Of a DNA stretch of 64,000 nucleotides, positions 26,630 through 44,108 are shown one piece after another (the first letter of the stretch is position 1; the number at the start of each line of letters is the position of its first letter). The notes beneath the pieces were generated by a model. The model was not told the origin of the DNA. It worked only from the letters and a program-made list of their open reading frames with translations, and ran no database searches. The stretch lies in contig CM074822.1 in the NCBI GenBank assembly GCA_037447605.1, positions 147,492-211,491 on the forward strand. Reading direction: 5' to 3'. Made by a program: the position numbers and the translations under genes. The DNA is from Zygnema circumcarinatum SAG 698-1b (Eukaryota; Plantae; Zygnematophyceae).

Positions 26630-29600
26630 ATGTCGACCAGCTTTAAGGGCGAGCGTCTGGTGACCGTACGGCGCTATTTGGACCCTCCGCCGTACACTTT
26701 GCCGCCCTTTGAAACGATCCCCCTCGACAGCGAAGAGGAGGAGCTGGTCGACCTCGAGGACAGCTCCGCGCTGCGAATTCTGACCTCTCTTAGTACGCGC
26801 TTAAAGAGCCGCCGGGGAAACCCGGGTTGGCTCATCCACTTTTGGCTCAAGCAGGTTGGTGGGTTTGCACCAATGAACCTACTCAGAAAGGAACAGTTTG
26901 GAGGAGTTAGAATATGGTGGTTCTGACGGCCAATGTGGGCCACAGTCTCATCTTGTTATGGGTTTTTTTCTTTTTTTTAAATAGGCAGTGGTTGATGTTT
27001 CGTGGTTGGGTGGTTGGAGGGGTTGGTGAGTGGGTTACAACTGGTGGCCAGCTACAATGCTTAATCTTTAAGTAAAAGACCTTTATGATTGTAAAAAGGA
27101 GGGCTGGTGTGGGTTCAGGTGATAAAAGTGGTTTCGAGTGTGGCGGCTATTGGCTTTTTGCTTATGATGGCTTTCATGGCGGGCCGCTCCTACACGCCTT
27201 GCAGCAGAATGTCCTCTCCGGAAGCACTTGATATGTATTACAGGGATCACTCTGGCAGGATAAGAAGTCTTGTGGATGACATTCCCATTGCAGGTCAGTA
27301 ATGAAGTCAACTTTGAAACCCTGAAAATTCGGATCTCTTCAATCCCTTTAAGCACACAAGCAATCCCAATAAGCAAAAACCCAACAAGGCGAAACCTTAA
27401 AGCCTCCAAAAGAAAATGTCAGTGGTGAAGAGTGTGCAAGCTTGCATTGCGGATGCAGATTCTTCGAGAGAGGGAGAGAGAGAAGACGAGGCAGGGTGTG
27501 TGAGTCGGTGGCCAAAATTCTGCCGTTATGTGGACGAGCTGCCCATACCCCTCCGAATTTCCGTCTGGCAGCCAAAGGAAGCAGCTCTCGGAATTTATGA
27601 GATTGAACAGGTTTCTTCTCTCATCCAGGCAGGGAGAGGGTTGGGAGAGGTGAAGAGGTGGTGGTAGAGTTGGGGAGGAGAGAGAGGGAGGTAGGGAAGG
27701 CAAGTTAAATAGAGGAAAAGTGTAGGAGAAAGAGGGAGGGCGGGAACCGGGGGGGGGGGGGAGAGGGAACGTGTGAAAATGAGTATTCTGTGTGAGGTTT
27801 ATCTTTCGTCCATTTCCACTATTTCTCTGACCTATGTTTCTCCGTCCATTGAGAGCTTTCTATAGGTCACTCCTTCAGTTTTCGCCATTTCCTTCTCTCA
27901 TCTCTCCTTCTAGTTTTTCACCCCCCCTTTTCTATATCTCTTTATGCCTTCCACCTCCTCTTCCTTTCATTATCCTTCTCATCCTTCCCCTCTCGTTTCG
28001 TTTCCCCTCTCGTTCCCTCCCTCCCTTCCTCTCTCCCTCTCTCCCACAGAAGCTCCACCGTGACCTCCCTCCCAGTCCCCTCCTCGCATTCGGAAAGAGT
28101 GCGGGCGAGGCTGCGAGTCCCGGACCCATTTTGGAGGCGGCCCGGGGAGTGAGCGCGAGCATATGGTGGAACAACTATGCAGCCGCCAACCCCGCAGCAA
28201 TTGGTGGTAAGGCCCCATCACAAAGAGAGAGAGAGAGAGATGAAGTGAGAGGTAGTGGGAGAGGGAGGGAGAGAGAGAGAGAGGGAGAGAGAAAGAGAGG
28301 GAGAGAGAGGGAGAGAGAGAGAGAGAGAGCGACATGAAGCGAGAGGTAGTGGGAGAGAGAGAGAGAGAGAGCGAGAGTGAGAAAAAGAGAGACAAAAACT
28401 GTGGAGAGGCTGCTGGGCGCTCTCAAGATCAGCATAGCTGAAGTAATGTACTAAGTAGAGATGCAATAACGAGAACACGCTCTGTACTTTACTTAAAGCT
28501 GAATTCTGTGGAGTTGCAGAAGTACATCTCCATGGAGGACTCTTCGGGGATGGCCTGCCAAAGCCCATATCCATGGCAGGTCAAACATTAGGAGACTCCG
28601 GCTCCCAATACATGAACACACAGGAGCCTTCTACTATGTGGTATCACGCACATATCAAAGAGGAAAAGGATGCATCATCAGCTTTATCGGCAGGTGCGAT
28701 ATTAAAGAGTGTCCAAACCCACCAAACATCCACTTTTGCAAGCATCTTTGATTAGAAGTGAGTCACTAACGGTGCTTGCAAGAGGGTATTCACAGGTCTT
28801 GGCAGTCTGTACCTGCTTAGAGACCCCGAAAGCCTGGAAGCCAACCTGACCCTGCCGAGTGGCGAATACGAAATCCCAATCATCATTCAGAGTAGGAATG
28901 TTCTAAGGAATGGCAGCATCTTAAGAACGAATATCAACAAACAGGCGAAATCAGACCTAGCTGCAGCAGTGGAGATATCAACAGTGAATGGCAAGGTAAG
29001 CACATCACTGTATGCATGGCGCATGCTTACTTTGAAACTGAGGAAAATAAATCATGCTTTAGAGAGTAATTTGACCTTACAAGTTTTGAAAACACAGAAA
29101 TCCAAGTTCAGACTTGGTGTGATTTTTAACCAATGGCTTGAGATGTTGCAGGTTTTTCCGTACATGAACGCGAGCCGAACTCAGTATAGGCTCCAAATTG
29201 TGAACGTTGGACCAACGAATTTTTTCAACATTGAATTTCGAGCGCCAATCTCGAACGCATCTTCCGGTCCTGCACCTCTGAACTTCACTCTTCCAGAAAC
29301 AGAGCCCATGCAGTTTTTTCAAATCGCAGGGGATGGCGGCTACTTCGTAAACCCCATACGAATGAAGTTTCTCCCACTTGTCCGAGGGGAAAGAGCAACC
29401 ATTCTCGTCGATTTCTCCAACCTGCCGGATGAAACTCATGAAATTTTCCTCACATTGTCGAAAGATGATCCTTCAGATGATAGCTATATTCCAAGGGATG
29501 GCATCTTGAAGTTCGTATTTGGAGCTGCTTCAGAGTCCTCTACTTCGAGATCAGAGTCTCCCCTTCCATCCAACATGAACAGCATCCCTCTGCCAAGATG

Positions 29601-30538
29601 GGAGTCCGCAGTGCGAACTCGATGGTTTGTTGTGGGAGAAAGGAATGCAGTAGCCACTCCTGCTGCCAAATCTCCTGACTTTTGGAATGAAATTCTGGGA
29701 AGCAGCTTTGTCAGTGTTGACAATGCGCAAGAGCCAGTGAGATCGGTAAGAATCGACCTCAAATCTCTACTCGAACGTTGCTTCCTTGTCCCTGAAATAA
29801 GTCAGATTCAAGAAATTCTAAAAGAAATTCTAAAAGTCAAACACCCTCTCTTGATGAATGCTATGCTAGTCAATGTCAGAAACTTAGAAAAAAAATATAT
29901 CAGAAATTCCCTCTGGCCTCACAGTGCAGAAAGCTGGTGACAGGGCACGAGTGAGATCTGGGCGATCATTAATCCGACGGCGGAGACACGTCCCCTCCAT
30001 CTGCACCTTCTCCGCCATCAGATCTTGAGCCGCCAAAGCCTCGGCTCGGGCAGCCATGGCCCCCAGCAGTGCTGGCTGCAGGGCACGGAAAAGCCCTCCT
30101 GTTTTACGGGCCGTATAACGGACCCCGCGCCCAACGAGAGAGCATGGAAAGACACGTCTCGCATGGACCCGAACAGCGTCACACGGATCCTCGTGAGGTT
30201 CCATGGCGAGGTGAGGATGAGGATGGGTGGGCATTCATATGACCCCTTGGGCGTTTGGAAGGTTTTTTCTGAAGGTTTTAGGGTTTTTAGGGTTGTGGGG
30301 TTTCTATGGTTTTTTGGGTTTTTAGGGTTTGGGGAGTGTGGTTTTTTGTTGTTGTTGATTTTGTTCGATGTAAAGCGAATTAGGGCTACTCTGAATGTCT
30401 GACTCTTCTTTACTGTCTCCCTCTCCCCCCCCCCCCTTCCCTCTTTTTGTTTTGTAGCTATTGGCAACTCTCGGGCTGGACGAGAGCCGCATCTCCCAAA
30501 GTGACAAGGTCGAACTTAACGACCTTATGGCCACTTAA
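26630..30538 (+). CDS. LPR1/CotA-like multicopper oxidase, copy A: N-terminal TM anchor, type-1 Cu site degenerate, 3' end uncertain (30538 or 30680)
   Basis: In-frame GT-AG exons read ..WLKQ|VIKVVSSVAAIGFLLMMAFMA (TM), CVSRWPKFCRYVDELPIP, KLHRDLP..PGPILEA, HLHGG, WYHAH, LPSGEYEIPII, VNGK|VFPY..YRLQIVN, GTSEIWAIINPTAETRPLHLH, AWKDT. No HCHxxxH was found in the last exon. Confidence 0.8.
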
Positions 30539-30926
30539 CCTTTTACTTAAAGTAATCTCACGACCCAGCTCAATTTTTTTTTTAGGCTCATTCTCCTCCC
30601 TCTCTCTCGGCTTCCCAATAAGGCTCTCTCTCGCTGTACAGCCTTCATACAATTTTCAGACCCTCAAGAACGCGAGATAGATAGCCACTCTTCTGCCGAT
30701 TCACAAGACGAAGGGAAAATTCAAAGGTCAGCAGGAACTCTGAATCCGTGTGAACACTCTCCTATTATGGGAGGGCTATTTCTTTATCTTTTTCAGTACA
30801 CGTTTATTGTTCATCTCCTCTGTCCAGAGGGAGTAGGAGAGAGAAAGGTAGAGGGAGTGAGTGTGAGCGATAGAGAGAGAGAGAGAGAGAGAGAGAAAGA
30901 TAGGTAGGTAGAGAGAGAGTGTGTGC

Positions 30927-30962
<36 letters not shown>

Positions 30963-32269
30963 CGGAGTTGACCAAGCCCATAGGTACCATACTACCATGT
31001 ACAAAGTAGGGCCAATTTCACGGGTTTTTAGAGCCTGTGTGTAGCATATCAAGACGTGCGGAGCGAAATCTGCCGTTACCATTCACTGAAACCAATTTTG
31101 CAGCTCTCATTTGCTAAACACTAACAACATCTGCACATGTTTTGACGCACTCAACCATTCTACTACATCGACAGACACTACTTCCAAGCTCGTGTTCACT
31201 GCTATTCGTGGCATATGCTTTTTGCACATACTTGACTGTTCCATTTTGTTATAAGCCTCTGAGTTTCTTGCTGTTTTAGGTTACAATGTTGTTTCAATGT
31301 TGTGTTTGCGTCATTGCCACAAGAAACCTGTAGATGTGGAGCCTCCGGTCCTAGTAGAGCATCCCTCCGAGGATGACATCCCACTACTCCTTGGACTAGG
31401 AGACGCCAGCCTTGCGGAAACACAGAATCACACTCACAAAGCACAGGCTGCCCCAAGCAAAGACGACCAATCACAGCGCTCCGCGCCAATGCAGCGGCCA
31501 ATCCGAATGCGCCACATGCTCCTCAATGTGCAGATCCTAGACTAGCATGCGAACTAGACTCCGAAACAACTACACGCTCTTCATGAACTATGTACCACTC
31601 ACTAACAAAACCTACGAAGCCATTTGATGGCCTCGCCATTGTGAGATCAAAACAAAACAAGACAACCTACGAAGCCATTGATAGAGCCATAGGACGACTC
31701 CACAACACAATACAAAGAACAATTGACAAAGTCGAAAGTCTGTCCATCACCTGCCCCACCCGTACCTTCGACACACGTCGTACGGCTGCGATTGCGCCAC
31801 CGCGTCCACCCACAGATCTTGGCCGTCCATCGGTCTCTAAAGGGGCAAGGGTCGATCGGTAACCAGCTGGCAGCCGGCCGGTCGCAGTCGTCCGATGTAG
31901 ACCGCGCCGCCGGCCTTGCACGGCCATGCAGATGGCGGACTATGCGAGCCGAGCGATTTGATTGGCGGGCGATTCCCGTTTTGCAGTCCGATGGTTTTAA
32001 GGACGTGGGGAGTGACGTTTTTTTTGGTTTTCGGAGAGGGACGCAACTGCTGGTGGGCTGTCTCCACCTGGCGGACTCTTTAGCTGAAGGATTAGGCAGA
32101 CTCTTTCCTTTACTCGCCATTTCTGATAAAGCTGAATACTTGTCAGCTTAAGGTAAGCTTTAGGGGAGCTTTCGTGGTGCTGATGCAAAGGAATTGAGTC
32201 TTTCCTCGTCAATGCAAAGTCTTTCTCTCTTTTTCTTTCACTCTCTCTTTGTTATTTTGTTTGGAGTCA

Positions 32270-36565
<4,296 letters not shown>

Positions 36566-37180
36566 TTTAGGGGGGGCTCACCAGTGAGTAGTTGGGGAAA
36601 ACGACCTGAAATTTGATAATGTGTATTTTTTGCTATTCAACCTTCAACGGCGAAGAGCTTTTCAAAATCTGAGGGGGGGCTAAGCTTCCCCAGAGATAGC
36701 CGTGGATAGGCCACTGCCCTGCACTCCTCTGCGTATAGGGTTTTGGGCCATAGAGAGGAATGCTTTATAAGGGCAAGGTAGGGAGGGGAGAGATTGGAGA
36801 GGAGGGAGGGGGAGAGAGAGGAGGGCGAGGGCGTAGGAGAGTCGCTCTCTGTCGATGGCTCTCGCACATGCCGTGTATATAAGTGCTGTTTATTCTTTGA
36901 TTCCTTTTTTGCTTTGTGCTTTGTAACGTTAGTAGCTTATCAGGGTTTTTTTCATTTCCTTTTCCGATGTTAAAAAATGGTTTTGTATATGAATGCTAAA
37001 CATTAAGTTGTGTTGAGAGGGAGGAGATCCATAGCTTTATTATTTGCTTATATTCTCTGTAAGTACCTCTACCGCTCACTTTCTCAAAGAAGGTGGGTGC
37101 AAGTTTAGTGGTTTCATTTACAAAGGCACAATGTCTCCCCATAGGAACCTTCCCTCTCTCCTGAATCCGTTCCGTTTCCG

Positions 37181-37310
37181 CGTGGTTTTCATTCTCACGT
37201 CGTAGTTTCCATTCCCTCCTCGTGGTTTCCATTCCCTAGTCGTGGTTTCCATTCTCTCCTTGTGGTTTCCATTTTCTCCTCGTGGTTTCCATTCTCTATT
37301 CGTGGTTTCA
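37181..37310. repeat. 20-bp minisatellite, ~6.5 copies, consensus CGTGGTTTCCATTCTCTCCT, upstream of GLE1
   Basis: Units start at 37181, 37201, 37221, 37241, 37261, 37281 and 37301. Confidence 0.9.
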
Positions 37311-37598
37311 CTTTATCTATTAACGTACAGTTGTCCGTACGGAAGTCCCACAAGAAAAGTCAAGCCCAACCGACAAATCAGGACGCTTAACTACTATTCC
37401 CACATGTGTACCCCCCTCCCCACATATAAGTCCGCCCGCCTCAACGGGAATGACTGATGAGAGGCAGCTGAGGGAGGGAGAGGGGGGGAGGGAAAGGGAG
37501 GGAGAGGGAGAGGGAGAGGGAGAGGGAGGCGGAGGGAGGAGGGAGGAGGGAGGGAGGGAGGGAGGGAGGGAGGGAGGGAGAGAGGAGAGGTGAGGACC

Positions 37599-40500
37599 AT
37601 GGTTCTGTCGTGGCTGACGGGCCTCTACGGCTCTGCTCGGCAGGCGGTGCCACCTCCCCCGGCTGCCCCCTCTCCCACGGCTACGCCCTCTCCCCCCTCT
37701 CCTCCAAGCGCGCCCCGGAGGGACTATGTGCCTGCCGAGACCACGCCACCTGTCAGCCTGCGGTTGGACCTCACGCCTAATCGGGCCGGCTTGAACCCTA
37801 GCCCTAACTGGAGTCTGGACGACCTTAATCGTGAGCTTGATGATATTTCGAGAAAGCAGCAGGCCACCAATTTCCGGGTGTTGCCTGTGTCTGACTCGTA
37901 AGGCTGCTTCATTCTCATTTCTCTGCATTTTTTTATGCATACACTGTCATGTGTTGTCCGATGCGGCGACATGTTTGGGATATCCGAAGGGGTTTGACGA
38001 GTGATTGCGGCCTTTTCTGTTCAGTGTGCCGTGAATTTAGGGCTTTAGCCTTTGTGGGGCACTTGGAATAAGCTTATTTACTTGAATTGAATCTTCCTTG
38101 GTTAATAACCTTTGATGCTATACAAACATTCGAGGTTGCCTTTCTTTTTCCGTGCGCTACGATGCCTTCACCTGCACTGTAGGCTCTAGTTTCAGGGCTA
38201 TGAGCACTAGTCGTAGTTGCTATCGGAGCAGCAGAATAACTGGCGGCGGCGCCTCAATTGCAGGAAATCGCTTATGTCTGATTCTCCATCAAGAGGTACT
38301 CGTCCAAAAAGAGGAGGGACATTCAGAATGAGTGTGTATGACGACTCTGAGAATTCGGATGAGGACGAGGCGGTTAAAGACACTGCCCAGACAAGGTGTG
38401 TGCAGTGTTTTTTGTAGAGTTCAGATTAATTAAGAAAACTATAGGAGGTAGTTTCATAAGAGTAGCGGCACTCCTTTTGTCTTCCCAAGGGATTCAAGGG
38501 GGCGGAGGAAGGTCTCCTTTGTTAATTATGCAAGGGCTTGGGACTTTATTCCCCCACGTGGACTAGGAACTTGGGTACTTTTGGTACAATTGTACTGCCT
38601 TATGCATATCCCCATTTCCTTAGCAAGATGTATCTTCTGATTAAATTGAGCTGATAGCTGTCTTAATGTTCAGGGGATTTGAACCTTGGTGAGAAGGACA
38701 GCGAGGATTTTCAATTTTGTCTCGGGATGGAGCTGTCTACGTGGAAATGCAGGTGGAAAAAAACAAAATCAGTTTCTCCAGAAGAGATTGAAGAGACAAC
38801 AGAGAAATTACAGCGTTTGTTTCACGTTCGGAGGGAAACCGTGGAGGAGGCAGCTCTTTTTGAAGCTCAACAGGCACAACTGAAGGAATTCCAGGTGAGC
38901 AAAGGGCTTTTGCTCCGTACTTATGGAAGATTCCTCAGTAGCTTACTCCACAGTCATTTGAATTAAAGACTTAAACTCCCTTTTGGCCCCTCTCTCGTAC
39001 TACGTATAGCCATAGAGCAGAAAGACTAGCGACCAAAAGTGAGCATATAGATGCAAGCAAGTTGACCATCTTAGTTTCTGCTTTCTCTGAAGCCCTTAGG
39101 CTGCTTTTCCTGTTCATTTAATTGTGATCACAATAGGAAACTGCACGACGGCGGCGGAAAACTCTGGAACGGGCTCTATGGGAGGAAAGGCAAGCGGAAT
39201 TAGAGGCAGTCACGAACGTTGAGAAACAGGCAGCTGCTCGGTTGGAGTCACTTCGTCAAATTGACGTGCAAGAGCAAAGAGCAATGTGAGTAACAGCTGA
39301 CTTTGTGCAAAAGTTTGCTAAAACGAGTACGAAAGCCCATGGTTAAGCCACCATGCCACCATGGGTTTTAGGGTTTTTAGGGTTTTGAAGTTTTTGTAGG
39401 GTTTTTAGGGTTTATCATCTGATGAACATTGGCAGTCTGTCTGGCGATCAACTCGAGGAGCCTAAATGGTAAAATATTCGGAATTTTGAAATAAAGTTAA
39501 GGCCTTGAGCCTTTCAGAATTCGGTGCTTAAAAGCTTATCTGTGGGGCATGAATGGGTTTCAGTGCGGAAGCTCGGGACGAATATTTATCAGGATTGCAA
39601 CGTGAGCATGAGCATCGTACACAAGTGGGAGAAAGGAAGTTGAAAAGGGATGCAGCTGCGGAGGAGGCCAAAAGGAGGGAACTTGCGGCAGCGCAAGAGA
39701 GGGAACGGCTGGCTAAGGCAAAGGCAGCAGCTGAGGTCAGACATAGGGCACTGCATGTAGAATTTGGTGGGAAAAGATAAAGGATGAAGGTTGGTGAGGA
39801 GGCAGTAGGGAGTGAGAAGGAGTGGCTGAATCGATTTGTAACTTGGAAAGCTGACTTGGGTTCCCTTATGGAAAGGGAATGTACGGAGAATGATGTTTTG
39901 CAGACGTATGGCATCGAATGTTAGACATGATATTGGGTAGGCATCAAAAGGGGGCTGTCTGTGAGCTATTGGAAGATGCATCAAAGAAAGGGTCAAGACT
40001 ATTGAAAGGGAAGAGAATATGATAGATCCTTAGATTCCTGCCAACTTCGACCTCTCAGACAGACTGATTTGTGGGTTTTTCTTTCACGGACAACCGTTAT
40101 ACAACCTTTACACTCTCCTTGCAATATCTATCACTGTAGTGATTCCGTCCAAGGACAAACTGTGGAATGTAATTGGACAGGCGGCGAAAAGAGAAATGGA
40201 GCAGAAAGCAGCAGAGGCGAAGAAGAAAGCTCAGGAAGATGCTTCTGCAGCTGCCAAAACAATGGCTGAGATGGATACAAAAGCTAAGGAAGCTGCCAAG
40301 CAGAGAGAGGCAGCTGCAGGTGCAGCCATGGCGATGGTGGGCCAAAGCAGTAGTAGTCAAGGGGGGGTAATGGATGCCATTAACTCGGCTACCTCAGGTT
40401 AAAGACTTAAACCTATCCTATTCGTTTTTCAAAGGGGGAGAGGAGGGGGCATGTTTTGAGCATTCAAAATGCTTATTTGAAGTGGAGAAGATGAGAGCTT

Positions 40501-41991
40501 CGCAATTTCGGGCTGTGTGTTTTGATGGGTTGCAATTCTGCCTCGTTTTTTTTTCAGTGAATGGCTATGTATCTTTGAAGGTTGACCCAACGTATGTAAA
40601 GTTAATGCATAGTTTGCACGGTGGATGTGCAGGTGTTTCAAAGGCTCGTGTGGCTGAGAAAGCAACTCAGGAAGAAAACATTCGACTGCAAAAGCTGCGA
40701 GAGGTGGAGAAGGCAACCCTCCCTTTGACACAGAACGAGGGGCTAAAGAAGGTAAAAGGGTTTTCAGGGTTTTTAGGGTTTTTAGGGTTTTTTAGGTGGG
40801 CGAGAATAGGCTACAAGTAGAAAACTTGTTGGTTACTCTTGAGTATTTTGGGTAACAATGTTGTTGCCTTTATCGATAGGTGATATACCCTTCTTTTTTC
40901 AGCAGGTTACTTTTCTCTCAATTGTGTTGAAGGGTTTGGAATTCTTTCTTCTGTTGTTGACGGGCAGGAACGGAGAGCTTTGGAACGACAAGTCAATCTG
41001 CTCATCCAACAGATTTCTGCAACGCAAGAACAGATAAGGTAGACGTAAACCTTAATCTTAACCTTAACGTTAATTAAATTCTTAAATTCTTAAACTGAAT
41101 AGTGTCTTTTCTGAGAGACTCGTTATTGTGCTGACTTTAGTATCGTTGGGGAATTGCGTTTTCAGTCTCAAAGCAAATGACCTTCTCCGGCTTTTGATGG
41201 ACCCTTCAAAACCACATCAGCTTGTCGCCCTTTGGTTTGCAAACAAGGTGAGAGAAGGTGAAAAACCCTCCTCTACATAGATCATATATAGAGACTCATA
41301 TCATATATATGAGACTAAGAATAAACATACATGAGACTATTATATATTATAGTAATATATTATAGTATTATCATACTACTATTACATGAGACTCAGAAAT
41401 GCGAAGTACTTTCAGAGACAAACTGTTTCCCTTGGAATTTTTTCTGTCTTCAGGTCTTATTGTATGCTTAGCTTTGTGGTTTGTTGTGGGTGTATCTGGG
41501 TGTATCTTCACAGCTACTTTTTCAATGTGAAGCGCAAGTTCAACAACTTTCCTCCTTTGCTTTTGTACTCGCCCAAGTTGTGGTTGAAGTATCCACACAG
41601 GTAATGTGACTTTCAGTTTCAGTGGCTTACCTCTTTGAACTCAATTGGGTTCTACTTTTCAACCCCCAAATTGAAAGTTAGTCAGGTGAAAGATGTACGT
41701 AGTGGACATTTTCCTGAATTTGTTATTAGGGTCTATAGCTGCTACTGATTGACACTGCTTCGTGTCCCATATACAGGTCCCATTGGTCATGGATTTAGTT
41801 TTGGCGAGACTGAATGAAGTTTGTATATACACAGTGCCGAAATACTACGTTCATACCAAGGTGAGAAACTGCTTGTTTTTTGTTTCCAGACACAATATGA
41901 AACTTTTTTTTGTAACTCTTGTTTAAATAGCATATTCGGCTCTTTTCAGGGCCTATCTTGCCTTCTCACAGCTTATTTCCCTCTGCTGACC

Positions 41992-42052
<61 letters not shown>

Positions 42053-44108
42053 ACTCTCTCTTCCTTTGTCTCCCCCACCCAGTTCCAGTCTCCTTCCCTG
42101 TCCTTCCCCACCATGTTTTTGGTCCTACTTTCAAGTGCTAATTTTCACCCCCTTCATGTCGATGATTTTATTTGCAGGAAGCCTTTCCTGATGAAACCAT
42201 ATACTTCAAGGCAATCGGTTACCGAGAAGTGGATGGCAGGTTGGAATCAACCGATGCTTACGTTGCTCGCATGGCGAGTTATGTAGCGCTGTATTCAGCC
42301 ATAGCGCAGGTAATATTCTATTCTATTCTACTCTATACTACACTATGCAGGGGGGGGGCATTATTCCATCGCTTGCTATAAGAAGTGACGATAGTGAGGA
42401 AGTGTGAGAGAGGGGAGGAAACGACAGAGAGAGGGTGAGGGAGAGGGAGAGGGAGAGGAAGTGGGAGTGGGAGACGTAGATTGCGTTACTTCAGTAAGTT
42501 TGTTGCCTTTTGGGTGGTGAATGTGGAAGGAAAAAGGAGAAGGAGATGGGTAGGGAGTGGAGGAGGAGAGGGTGGGGGAAGAAAAGGGAGAGGAGAGATA
42601 CGGACCTCCTCATTGCTTTGACGATTTCATATTGTCTTTGTACACTACTTCCTTGCTTTTGGATACTTAGTGTGTGTCTCTTCCCTTGTATTATCTCCCC
42701 TATGCTTTGGTGCAGACTGCACCTTTGAGAGGGAGTCAACCCAACGGACTGAAGGAGGGGTGGATATGGTGTGCGAGAATGCTGAATAAACTGCCACCCA
42801 ATCGAATCACAGCTTCAATTCTTCAAACCTTTCTCAAGGTTAGCAATCTGCTCTTCAACCAGATCCTATAAATGCTGTTCATCCTTTGTACGCTATGTAT
42901 GAGAGGACGTTTGGTTCTGGGTCAGGTGAAATTCTTCCTTTCTATGGCTGAGTGGTTCTTTTAATGAATCAGTAGAAGGAAGGACTCGGAAAGTTACCTC
43001 CTCTGCGCTCGCTCTCCTCCCTCTCCGCTCCCTCTCTCCTCTCACCCTGTCCTTTCCTCTCGCCTCTCGCCTTTCCTCTCCCCTCTCCTCTTTCTCCTCT
43101 GTCTCCTCTCTCCCTCTCTTCTCTCTCCAAACTCACTCTCCCCTCTCCTCTCTCCTCTCTCCTCTCTCCTCTCTCCACTCCCCACTCTCCCTCTCTCCGC
43201 TTTCCTCTCCTCTCTCCTCTCTCTCTCTCCTCTCTCCTCTCTCCTCTCTCCTCTCCCTCCTCTCTCCTCTCTCCTCTCTCCTCTCTCTCCCTCTCTCCTC
43301 TCTCCTCTCTCCTCTCTCCTCTCCCCTCTCTCCTCTCTCCTCTCTCCTCTCTCCTCTGTCTCCTCTCTCCCTCTCTTCTCTCTCCAAACTCACTCTCCCC
43401 TCTCCTCTCTCCCTCTCTTCTCTCTCCAAACTCACTCTCCCCTCTCCTCTCTCCTCTCTCCTCTCTCCTCTCTCCACTCCCCACTCTCCCTCTCTCCGCT
43501 CTCCTCTCTCCTCTCTCCTCTCTCCTCTCTCCTCTCTCCTCTCTCCTCTCTCCTCTCTCCTCTCTCCTCTCTCCTCTCTCCTCTCTCCTCTCTCCTCTCG
43601 CCTCTCTCCTCTCCTCTCTCCTCTCCTCTCTCCTCTCTCCTCTCTCCTCTCTCCTCTCTCCTCTCCTCTCTCCTCTCTCCTCTCTCCTCTCTCCTCTCTC
43701 CTCTCTCCTCTCTCCTCTCTCCTCTCCTTTCTCCTCTCCCACTCCCCACTCTCCCCTCCTCTCTCCTCTCTCCTCTCTCCTCTCTCCACTCTCCACTCCC
43801 CACTCTCCCCTCTCCCCTCTCCTATATCTCCTCTCTCCATCCCTCCCCTTTTTCCAAGTGACCTCACAGTGTTCTCAGTTGTGCAGGTAGCTGGATACAA
43901 ACTCCACTTGGAGTATCCACGGCCTTTCCAGAAGGTGCTGGTAGCCATTCAGAACGAGTACCTCCCCCTGCTGAAGGCTCAGAATGACCCGGATTCGGCT
44001 GCAGAGTACAACAAACTTGAGACTTACATTGGTCTCCGAAAGTATTTGGAAGCTCCTGAAGGGATGCGATTTCCTTCCAAGGATTTGTCAAGCTTGAATC
44101 GTGCTTAG
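37599..44108 (+). CDS. GLE1: mRNA export factor / nucleoporin GLE1, multi-exon
   Basis: PSPNWSLDDLNRELDDI and RGGTFRMSVYDD match the plant GLE1 N-terminus. Then a long E/A/K/R coiled coil (LQREHEHRTQVGERK..), AYVARMASYVALYSA, EGWIWCARMLNKLPPNRITASILQTFLK|VAGYKLH..YLEAPEG. Confidence 0.9.
43008..43835. repeat. (CCTCT)n pentamer array with higher-order blocks in the last GLE1 intron
   Basis: About 830 bp. CCAAACTCACTCTCC and CCACTCCCCACTCTCC blocks each recur several times. Confidence 0.93.

Noticed and set aside
31312-31320. CAT TGC CAC (HCH) as the missing last motif of oxidase copy A
   Set aside because: Followed by KKPVDVE rather than xxxHxxxxM and not preceded by the GYV(W/Y) context. 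Treated as chance, though RNA-seq should exclude it.
37181-37310. Possible CRISPR-like array
   Set aside because: Units are contiguous 20-mers with no unique spacers, there are no cas genes, and the context is eukaryotic.
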